DNA from: Prorocentrum cordatum
Taxonomy: Eukaryota
Reading direction: 5' to 3'
Assembly (NCBI GenBank): GCA_963575745.1
Contig: CAUYUJ010000280.1
Coordinates: 62,001 to 115,933 of the forward strand
Length of the DNA: 53,933 bases
Position numbers and translations under genes: made by a program. The notes beneath the pieces are model-generated. The model saw nothing but the letters and a program-made list of their open reading frames with translations, did not search any database and had not been told where the DNA came from. Shown piece after piece: positions 13,601 through 23,881 of this stretch; the first letter of the stretch is position 1; each line of letters begins with the position of its first letter.

Positions 13601-13737
13601 CTTGGCATCGCTCGGACGTGTGCACTTTTCCTCGGCGAGGGCCATCGAGGAGCATCCTTTTGATCATTTGGCGAACATGCCACGCACAAGACCCCCCCAA
13701 AAAAAACACAGGGAAGGGACGTCCGAGCGATGGCCAG
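13601..13737. mobile_element. MITE with CATCGCTCGGACGT TIR, copy 1
   Basis: CTTGGCATCGCTCGGACGT ... ACGTCCGAGCGATGGCCAG; colinear with 41873-42015. Confidence 0.7.
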
Positions 13738-13869
13738 GGGGTGCTTCTTCCTGGCCAGGCGCCGGAGAGGCCGCTCCCGCCGCGGCGGGCCTCCCCCCAA
13801 CAAAAAAAACGCCGAGAGAAGCCACGATGCTGGATCACCTGAGAGCCGACGTCGTGATTTGTTCAATAC

Positions 13870-14100
13870 TTGGTAGTCCCCAAACGTGGTGGTGACAACA
13901 CCTGGCGGTGAGTCTCGGGTGATTGGGTGTCACCACCCGGTTTGGGGACTCGTGCGGTTTTCCGAGGATGTCCCGGATTCTGGGGGGCCCAGGAGTCACA
14001 AAACCCGGTGGTGACCCCGCGTCCCCAAACCCAGCGGTGACGTTTTTGGGGATCCCAGGTCGCCACCTGGTATCTCACCACCCGGTTTGGGGGTTCCCAA
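13870..14100. mobile_element. TIR element with CCCCAAAC..GGTGGTGA repeats
   Basis: About 40-bp imperfect TIRs; 5-bp TSD AATAC, with the right copy split by the TA-MITE. Confidence 0.6.
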
Positions 14101-14104
14101 AATA

Positions 14105-14280
14105 CGGTCGGGGCGCTGAAGAAGGAACCCTTTGCGTTGGGGAGGGGCTCGGTGTTCCTTAGTTGTTCCACACCTCGCCCAAGGTGTTCCTCGAGTTTTC
14201 GATCGGAAGTCGAAGCTTAACTTATGGAAGGAAGGGGCCTCGTTCCTTATTTAGGGTTCCTTCGGTCAACGCCTCGACTG
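14105..14280. mobile_element. 176-bp TA-flanked Tc1/mariner/pogo-like MITE, copy 1
   Basis: TA|CGGTCGGGGCGCTGAAGAAGGAACCC ... GGGTTCCTTCGGTCAACGCCTCGACTG|TA; colinear with 33955-34130. Confidence 0.8.
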
Positions 14281-15490
14281 TACGGGCACCCTGGAAGTCT
14301 CGACCCGTTCCCCAGGACCCGGTTTTCATCCCGAGTCGTTTTTTCGACGGTCTCGGGGCCCCGCGAGGGCCCCTCGAGGCGCCGAAAACTGCCAAAAGCC
14401 TCCGTCTCGTTTTTTCCATGCGCAGGATCTCTGGGTCCTCCCCCGACCTCTCTCGCTCCTCGGGCCTTCGCCAGATCTCCGACCTGTTTCTGTGAGCTTT
14501 TGACCACGTGGGCCCCAGGAGGTCCCGACCCTCGGGCACCGGCTCGCCCCACCACGGGCCGAGCTCTGGACGGCCCGGGGGGGGCCCGGGAGGGGCCCTC
14601 GGGAGCGGAGACCTGGCAGCAGCCGCCCGCAGAGGCCTCGACCCGCGACCCTCCCAGAGGTTCTCCGGGTCGTTTTTTTGTATGTTGTTGCTGTGGCTGT
14701 TGTTGAACATTATTAATTCTAAAGAATAATTATTGTTGGGCCCCCTGGTGCGCGTCCCCCCCCGCCGCGCCTAGGCCGCAGCCACGTTTTCATCATTTTC
14801 GTGAGGAAGCCTCAGGCAAAACGATGTCATCCAGATCCGGTTGTTTTGTTGTAATCCGTTTTCCCCTGCAAAAAACACTATAAAATGACATTTCTTGTTC
14901 TAATATAATCAAATTTCAAGAATCCCTTGCAAAAAAATAAGGTAAAGTGGACATTCGCGCGCGCAAGACGAAATCCTTCCAAAAGCTTAGTGTTCGGAGC
15001 GATTTTAACATAAAAACATCAAAAAACCAATGGTTTTTCAACAAAAAAATGTCAAAATCTCATCCCGCGCGCTCTTGCGGATTCGTAGGAAACCCAACAC
15101 TTTTTAAACATTTCTGTCAAACGGGCTTTTGCGAGCAACTTTTTCGAACTTCTGCGACAACGGTTGCGCACCTGCCAGGGCCATCATCCCTGTCAAATAA
15201 TACCATGCGGGACACATTCGTTTTTTCTTCGCGCGCGCACGCCGAAATCTCCAAAAACCATTGGGTTCTGTGGTGTGTACCCCACGCCAGTGTAGTAGCC
15301 ACGGTCGTCCGCACGCCACGAAGTGAAGTGTCCCAACGTCATAGGGCGGGAAGCTGGGTTTGGGTGGTCGCGAAGAGTCGTTTGGATATTTGGTAGAGCT
15401 TGTAATGCCCCCCCACGAAGTGGGGGTATTGCCTGGTGTCGTATGAAAACCCTGGCACTGGGGAGAACACCACGCGTTCGGGTAAAATGA

Positions 15491-15509
15491 TTGTTGTTGT
15501 TGTTGTTGT

Positions 15510-15556
<47 letters not shown>

Positions 15557-15623
15557 TTGTTGTTGTTGCTGCTGTTGTTGCTGTTGTTGATGTTGTTGAT
15601 GTTGTTGTTGTTGTTGCTGCTGT

Positions 15624-15655
<32 letters not shown>

Positions 15656-15880
15656 TTGTTGTTGCTGTTGTTGCTGTTGCTGCTGTTGCTGTTGCTGCTG
15701 TTGTGGTTGTTGTTGTTGTTGTTGCTGCTGCTGCTGTTGTTGTTGTTGCTGTTGTTGTTGTTGTGGCTGTTGTTGTGGCTGTTGTTGCTGCTGCTGCTGT
15801 TGCTGTTGTTGTTGTTGTTGCTGTTGTTGTTGCTGCTGCTGCTGTTGCTGTTGTTGTTGTTGTTGCTGTTGTTGTTCTTG
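15491..15880. repeat. (TTG/CTG)n microsatellite
   Basis: Direct inspection. Confidence 0.95.
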
Positions 15881-15917
15881 TTTTTTTCAAGCAAAAAAAA
15901 ACTCTGGGTCGCCAGAG

Positions 15918-16342
15918 GCCTGGATCCATCCGCCCGCGCCCGCGGGCCCGGCGCCCGCCGCGCGCCCGCGGCGGGACGGCGCCGCGCGCCGCGGCGGCCC
16001 CGCGCTGGCCGTCGGCGCCGCGCTGGGCCTGGCGCTGCCGGCGGCGCTGCGCGGGCCCGCCGTGGCGCCTCGAAGCGCGGCGGCGGCGGCGGCGACGGCG
16101 TCGAAGTCGTCGTCCTGGAGGACTCCTATCCTCCTCCTCCTCCTCCTCCTCCTCCTCCTCCCCCTCCTCCTCCTCCTCCTCCTCTCCTCCTCCTCCTCCT
16201 CCTCCTCCTCCTCCTCCCGGAGGAGGACTCGACTCCTCCAGGACGACGACTTCGACTTCGTCGGCTCCTCTTACGTCTAGTCGATGCTAGGATCCTAGCA
16301 CCGATGAGACGTAGGAGTGACCTTTCGCCGGAGTGACCTCTG
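15918..16342 (+). CDS. Candidate upstream exons 15918-16120, 16226-16263, 16315-16342 (AWIHP...LAVGAALGLALPAALRG...WR/TRLLQDDDFDFVG/VTFRRSDLW)
   Basis: Three mutually phase-compatible exons with GA, GC and GT donors and AG|G acceptors. The last ends in phase 2, matching the exon at 20313. Linkage to the SAMTOR-like gene is inferred. Confidence 0.4.
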
Positions 16343-16991
16343 GTGCGGGCCACATGGGCTCCCCCGGTCGCCGACCGCGCGCTGCGATAGCAGCGTCGTG
16401 CGCGCTTGTGCGTTGGTCCCCCCGCGGTCCCCAAAAGGCCGCGCACCACAGGCCGCTCTTGCCCGGGGTCACTCTTGCGTGCAGTCGATAGCAGCGGCGG
16501 CCCGCGAGGTGCCCCCGCGAGGTGCCCCGCGAGGCTCGGGGGGTCCCCGGCGAGGCGCGGGCGGGCGGCGGCGCCGGGCGGGCCGGCCGTGGCCACTCGA
16601 GACGCGTCGGGGGCCAGAGCTCGAGACTTCGGAGGGCGGCCAGGAGGAGGAGGAGGAGGAGGAGGAGGAGGAGGAGGAGGAGGAGGGAGGAGGAGAGGAG
16701 GAGGAGGAGGAGGAGGAGGAGAGGAGAGAGGAGGAGAGGAGGAGGGGAGGAGGAAGGAGGAAGGAGGAAGGAGGAGGAGGAGGAGGATGGAGGAGAGGGA
16801 GGAGGAGGAGGAGGAGGAGAAGGTGGGCGAGCCACCGCGCGCCCCGTCCTGGCGGGGCCGACCCCGGGGGCCCGTGGGCCTGTGCGGCGTGCCTCGCGGG
16901 GAGAGCGAGGGCGTACAGGCACCGAGGCCTGGACCCAGGGACGGGCTAGGCCAGGGCCGGCGCGGTGAACGCGCGCGCGAGTGTGCTGTTT

Positions 16992-17022
<31 letters not shown>

Positions 17023-17930
17023 TATTATATATATATAATCTATATATATATTATATATATATATATCATTCCCTTTTCTATATTTTTACAATCCGGGGGG
17101 GTGGGAACCCCCCCCCCCCCCGGAAAATCGGACCCCCGGGATCTGGCGCTTTTGGGGCCCCCTGGACGCCTTGCAATGGGTCCCCCGGGCCTTCCGGGCC
17201 TCCTGGACGCCCCTGCCGGGCCTTGCCAGCGGGCCCAAAGCGGTCAGGAGGGCGGCCAAACGGCCCCGCGAGAGCCCCACGTGGCCCCAGACAGCCCCAA
17301 GACGATCCAAAGAAGACCCCCAAGAGGTCCTCCAAGTGCAAAAAACAACACTTCCTTTAGTTTTTTTATTGAATTTTTGGACATTCGGTTCTTCGGTATT
17401 CCGTGCGTCCGAGTCCGCCGAAGAGGCCCCAAAAATCCTCCCACAACGGTGTCAAAGGGCTTCCAGACAGTCCAAAAGAGCTCCAATATGGTCCAACAGG
17501 GCCGCAAGATGGCCCCAAGAGAGCCCCGCTGACAGACCTAGATGGCCCCAAGACGCCTCCCGAAGCACTCCAAATCGTGACCCGGTCGTTCAGGGAGACC
17601 GTGGTTGGTGGCAAGGTGGCCGCAAGAAGCCCCCAGAGGCCCCCAAAAGGCGCCCAGGAGGCCCCCAGAGGTCCCTAAAAAGCTTTTGAGAGGGGCCCAA
17701 GAACACCTCCAAAGAGGAGGCCCTGCAATAAAAACTGGGGATGAGGACAAGGAGTGGCTCGCAGACAAGGAAGATTACGAGTAAGAGGACAGGAAGTATA
17801 AGGATAATACATAACATTACTATAACGACGATGGCGCAAACGGCAACAATGATTCATCGCTATATTTGGTTATCCTGCATGCCGAGCTTTAAGAACCAAG
17901 GTGCATGGCGCGAAGCGCCAATGCAGTCTT

Positions 17931-18436
17931 GTATATATATATATGTGTGTGAGTATGCATGTATGTATGTATGTATGTATGCATGCATGCATGTATGTAT
18001 GTATGTATGTATGTATGTATGTATGTATGTATGTGTGTATGTATGTATGTATGTATGTGTGTGTGTGCATGCATGCATGCATGCATGCATGCATGCATGA
18101 ATGTATGTATGTATGTATGTTTGTATGTATGCATATGTATGTATATGTATGTATATGTATGTATACGTAAGTATAGGTATGTATATGTATGCATGTATGT
18201 ATGTATGTTTGTATGTATGTATGTATGTATGTATGTGTGTATGTTTGTATGTATATATGTATGTATGTAGGTATGCAATGCATGCATGCGTGCATGCATG
18301 CATGCATGCATGCATGTATGTATGTATGCATGCATGTATGTATGTATGTATGTATGTATGTATGTATGTATGTATATGCATATATATATATATATATATA
18401 TATATGCGTATATATAACTATAGATATACACACATA
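17931..18436. repeat. (ATGT)n/(ATGC)n/(AT)n microsatellite
   Basis: Direct inspection. Confidence 0.95.
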
Positions 18437-18441
18437 TACCT

Positions 18442-18658
18442 CGGCGTCACCCCAACATGCTTATGTTATATGTGCGTCGCCCCCCCGGGGGCGGCGCGCG
18501 CACCGAGAAGTCTTCTAGTCTGTGCGTCGTGGCGGGCGCCTTCTGGCCGCGCCGCTCGGGACACGACATGCTGCAAGATGGGTATACTGCATGTTCGGGT
18601 CGGACGCGCGCCTCCGAGGAGGACATCTAGTATTAGTGTGTGCCTCTGTGCGTCCCAT
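18442..18658. repeat. About 215-bp dispersed repeat, second copy at 45216-45430
   Basis: Colinear similarity, e.g. AAGATGGGTATACT..ATGTTCGGGTCGGACGCGCGCCTCC...CTCTGTGCGTCCCAT. Confidence 0.8.
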
Positions 18659-18772
18659 ATGAGCGTCCCTGGGAGGATCGAGCTGCCTCGTTGTGCCCCC
18701 CCGGGAGCCTCTGACAGTCGGCGCCCTTCACCTGGAGGCGCCGCGCGGGCCCGCGGGGGCGGAGCCCAGGTT

Positions 18773-18978
18773 TGAGTCGGGCACGTCCCTCTACAGGGGG
18801 AACGCTCAAAAATTAGTGAAAAGCACTCACGGGACGTTTTTTTCTTTTTGTTTGTTATATATATATACATATAATATATGTATATATATATATATATATG
18901 TTTAACCTATGTTTGGATGTTTGGACAAGTCTTAATGTTTCGTGCAAGATCCGCCTGTAGGAGGACATGCCCGACCTG
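18773..18978. mobile_element. Mutator-like MITE, same family (a third left end lies at about 19270)
   Basis: Same TIRs; 10-bp TSD agcccaggtt/agcccagatc. Confidence 0.7.
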
Positions 18979-20312
18979 AGCCCAGATCTCCAACGTGTTG
19001 GAACAAATGGAGATGGAGTTTCTTCGCCGCTTTCGCCCTCGGGGGACCGTTTCGGGGTTCGGGAGCACTAGAACACGATCCCGCGGGAAATGGTCCAGAG
19101 CCCAAGGTGTTGTTGCGTAGGCCCAGCGTGACGGATCAACCAAAAACAACGTTTCGAGGTTCGATGATCGAGGTTCGAGGATCGAGGTTCGAGGGTTGCG
19201 GGGTGTAGAAGGTTTCGGGCCTTTTCGGACTTCCAGGGACTTCTCGTGGCCCGTGGCCACGACTGGATTTCAGTCGGGCGTGTTCCCTCTACAGGAGGAG
19301 TATTCAAAAATAGTCCAAAAATAGTCAGGGGACGATTTTTTTTGCAACGTCGTGGCGGTGGAAGTCTGGAGACGTCGCTTCCGACAACGACGTCGTTGAA
19401 GTCGTCGTTTTAGAGATCTCGTCGCCACGGCCGGGTGCGGCTCGGAACTGGGGGATGGTTCTGAGAGGATCTCCGCACACGGCCGGATGTTCGTGCATGT
19501 TCGGGGAAGGGCCCCCTAACATTTTTCGTGCTTGTTGGATGTTCTTGCGCATCCTGGGGGAGGGTGCCCTCGAGTGTTCTTCGGTTTGGCCGGCGGAGGG
19601 TCCCATGTTCTTGAGGGATGTTATTCTGTCCCAGGCCCAGCCGTACCTCCGACGTCGCGGTTGCTTTTTCATACCCGACTGCTTTTCCTTGATTTCGGCC
19701 TCCAGATGCAGCTTTCCGGCAGGCCCCGGCGCTTTCGGAAAGCAGTCCTGGGTGAAACGTCTGCCCAGGGGGTCGAGGTCCAGTGCAACGTCTTGAGAAC
19801 GAACGCGCGCCTCTCAGAAGTTCCGACCCCCTCTCCCGGGGCGTTCTTTTCGCCACGGACCTCTGTTCGACGGTCCCATGGACTGGGAACAGCTCCCAGG
19901 CGCAAGCAGTAATAGATGATGCTTCAAGACATACTGAAGCACAGTTGTGATGGAAGTGATTGGATGGGAGCTGCAGAACATGCGTCGGAGCAGGAACGAG
20001 TTACCGGCGCCCTGGCGCCCACTCCCGGCCCCGCGCGCGGCCGCCCTCTTCGAACGCATTGGGAGCTGGAGGAGGAGTGAAGAGGAGGATGAGGATGAGG
20101 ATGAGGATGAGGATGAGGATGAGGAGGAGGAGGAGGAGGAGGAGGAGGAGGAGGAGAGGAGGAAGGAGGATGATGATGAGATGAGGAGGAAGGAGAGGAG
20201 GAGGAGAACGAGAGGAGGAGGAGGAAGAAGGAGAGTGAGGAGGAGCTGTCTTGTCTGCCTGCCTGCCTGCTGCCTGCCTGCCTTCTGTCTGTCTGCCTGC
20301 CTCTCTGCGCAG

Positions 20313-22536
20313 GGGGCCGCCGGCGGCGGCCGCCGCCGCCGGGCCGCGGCCGCCGCCGCCGGCGCAGCGGGCCGCGGCGAAGCACCGGGGGCTGCGCCAG
20401 CACAGCACCGCGGAGTGGCGGGCCCTGCGGCGGGCGCGGCTCCGCGACCCGCGGCCGGCGCGCGACGGCACGCGGGCCGCGGCGACGTGGAGGAACCAGG
20501 AGGGAAAGAAACACACAGACACAATTCATCGTCGGCTCCCCAGAAAATATCAGAAAATATGGGAAGTGGCGGGGAAGACAAAAGCCCAGCAAATATGAGA
20601 AAGTATGGGGAATATGTTTATTTGTGTGTGTATTTATTTGTGTGTCCCTGGGCCCCTTCAAGGAACCGGGTGCCGAAGGCGGAGCGCCTGGAGTCGCTGC
20701 GGGCGCACCTGGAGCACGGCCTGCAGGCGGCGCGCACGGAGGAGCGCCGAGGAGGAGGAGGTACCCACATATACACCTCTGCCCTGCCGCGCTTTCCCCT
20801 TTTTGGGGCCTCCCTGGCGGCGCTCGTCGCCACCGCTGGGTGCGCCTCGAAGGCCTGGTCGGAACGCCCCCCCTGGAGAGGCCCAGGGAGCAGCGGTGTC
20901 GTTACCTTTTGGTTTCCCCAGGAGTGGCGGAGCATACCGGTGGTGCCGTTGCTGCAGGAGCTGGAGCGGCAAGTGGAGGAAGCGAACCCAGAGGAGAGCG
21001 AGGAGCGCGTCTCCTTCCTCTGCCACCGCAGGCTGCGCAAGGTGGCCGTCGCGCTGGGACGCGGCTGGGAGCGGGAGCTGCTGGGCATGGGTTCGGGTGA
21101 GCAAGTCCGGGAGGAGGAAGTCGACTGCGCGGCCATCCTGGAGCGCCTGGAGACGCTGGGGCCCACCAAGCTGAGGCACTACACCCACATCAAGCTCGGC
21201 GACTTCAACAGGGAGCAGCTCCTGGAGCAGGACTGGGGCGGCAATCGGGGCGTCACGCTCGAGGAGTACGGGCAGGCTGCACGTGCGCAGAGCTCCACGG
21301 TCTGGCACCAGGAGGTCATGGCCAGCACCATCCAGGCGCAGGGGTGGACTTAGGCGGTGTTTGGGCGATTTCGTGGGCCGCTTTCGTTTCGATTTCGTTT
21401 TGCGTTGAAGGCGGATTGAAGGCAAAACGAGGGACAACGAAGACAAAACGAAAACGAAAAGCACCGTTGAGGTTCAGCCCTGTCCAGGCGTTCCAGGACG
21501 CTGGTACCCAGAAGATCCTGGACATCGGGTCCAGCTTCAACCCCTTGCAGGGCAAGTTTCCCGAGGTCACGGCGGCAGACCCGGTCATGGAAGGTAGCAC
21601 CTTCGGCTCCGCCAGGTGGAGTTGAAGGTGCTCCCTTCCAGGGCCGTTTCTGGGCCGTCTTGAGGGCCTCCAGAGGGAGTCTCAAGAAGACCCCAGTGAT
21701 GATCCAAAACGGACCTCGAGGAGGAGGAGGAGGAGGAGGTGGAGGAGGAGGAGGTGGAGGAGGAGGAGGAGGCGGAGGAGGAGGAGGCGGAGGAGGAGGA
21801 GGAGGCGGAGGAGGTGGAGGAGGAGGAGGAGGAGGAGGAGGAGGAGGAGGCTAGGGCCACATGTCTGGACAGTGACCGTCGGCCCTGGGCCCCGCATGCG
21901 GAGAGCAAATCTGGGCCTGCGGCCTTGGCCCCCCCCCCCCCCGCGCGCCCCGCCCGGCCGGTCCAGCTCCGCCTGTGGCTGCTGCCACCGCAGGTCTGGA
22001 GGGTTTCTCCGAAGGGCTTAGGCGNNNNNNNNNNNNNNNNNNNNNNNNNNNNNNNNNNNNNNNNNNNNNNNNNNNNNNNNNNNNNNNNNNNNNNNNNNNN
22101 NNNNNNNNNNNNNNNNNNNNNNNNTCCTCCTCCTCCTCCTCCTCCTCCTCGGCCATGGGGCAAACCGTGCACGCAGGTCAATGCCTTCGGCATCTCTTGC
22201 ACACCCCCTCAGGAATCCGATTGTTTCTCCGATGAGTCCTACGTATGGATCTTATTATGGATCTTCTAATGGAACCGATGACATGTGTAGTCAGGGCCTG
22301 CGCGGCGCGCCCCCCCTCCCCCCGCACGTCGGCCCGCGGCCCTGGCCCGCGCTCCGCGTGGGCCTTGGCCCTCTGCAGGTGCAGAGCCCGAGGCACCGTG
22401 GCCCGCGGCCGGGTCCTCTCCCGCGGCCTTCCCACCCCGGGGGCCTCGGGGCTGCGCCTCGCTGCGCGCCGCTCTGCACGGTGGGCGCCTCCCCCCGGGA
22501 CAAGGCAAGACAGGCGGCGGGGTCCGTGAGCTTCAG

Positions 22537-22570
<34 letters not shown>

Positions 22571-23850
22571 TGCAGCAGCAGCGCGCCATGCACTAGGCAG
22601 GCAAGCTCAGGCTTACCGTGAGGGGGAGGGGGAGGGAGGAAGAGAGAGAGGGTCCTCCACTCCGCGTCCCCCGCCCAGCCAGACCTGCGCATCCCCCCCT
22701 CCAGGATGGGGGCGCACAGAGTGTAACAGCTTTGCACTCTGCTAGAATTCCCTGCAGCTCAAGTTCGCATCGAGGCCGAGCGAAAATCTGCCTCGAAGTG
22801 GGAAGCCATCGAGCTCACGCAGGGCACAGGTGTTGCTTTGCTTCTGACACCACCGATCAAGTTTACCATCCTCGCCCCCCCATCATATTCCCTATGTAGG
22901 ACATTGTAACCTCATCGTGCTCTAGGCCATGGTACTACAAGGAACCGTGCCTATGCCCCTGGACTTGAACTCTTTGCATCGTCCTAGGGGCTGGATCTCG
23001 CCTGTTGGCGGCGGCGTGGTGTGCAAGCTACTATTGCTATGAAGCGCTGCTGGTCCGAAACAACCAGAACTCCCGCTCACTGGTAAGGGGCTGCCACCGC
23101 AGATCCAAAAAGAGGGCTTAAATGAGCACCTCCAGAGATCCCGCTTAACGTAAAAGAGAAAAAGAGGCCGTAAACGAGCACCCCAGAGATACCACTCAAC
23201 GTAAAACGTGATGGCTCGAAGAAATTCTGGTCCTATGGATGAAGGGCTTGCTATATGCTGTTAAAGGCAGTTAGTGTATGAAAGGGACGAAGCTCTCTCA
23301 TCCATATAGCCCTACCCGCGCCTCTTAGTCCCTGTCCATGTCGTCGCTGCTGGATGCGTATCCGACATCACGGAGGCGAGCCTTATGGCGGTGGATGCAT
23401 TCCTGAAGGTTTTCTATCTACGCCTTTCACGCAAACTTTTCGTTTACGTGCACCTTGTGAATCTTGACCGGCTTGGCCTCCTTGACTTTCACAAGGAGGT
23501 TCGCAGGTGGCGGCCCTGCAGGGAGCTTTGGCGTTAGCGCCCCCCACCCCTTCTGAGCTGCTAGCACGACAGTCAGCCCAACCCCTTTTTTTTGGGGGGG
23601 GAGGGGCGTAGACGCCATACTCCCCGAACTTGCTCCCGCTACTTGTTGCACTTGATTATGTTGCCCCTACACTTGGCCATTGCAGCGGTGTGCCTGTGAC
23701 CGAACAACGCCTGAGCTTGAGAAGCTCGGACGACACTGCTCCTGGCACGCGGGCCTGTGATCTTGTTGGGCTCGCCTCGTGCCCGATGCGAACCCACCAC
23801 ATGGATCACAAAAGGGCGCAGGTAGATGGCTCCCTTCTGCCCAGGAGGAT

Positions 23851-23881
<31 letters not shown>

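Noticed and set aside
19947..21353. 468-aa ORF as a single CDS
   Set aside because: Reads through microsatellites and introns; the 20313-20492 exon is in a different frame
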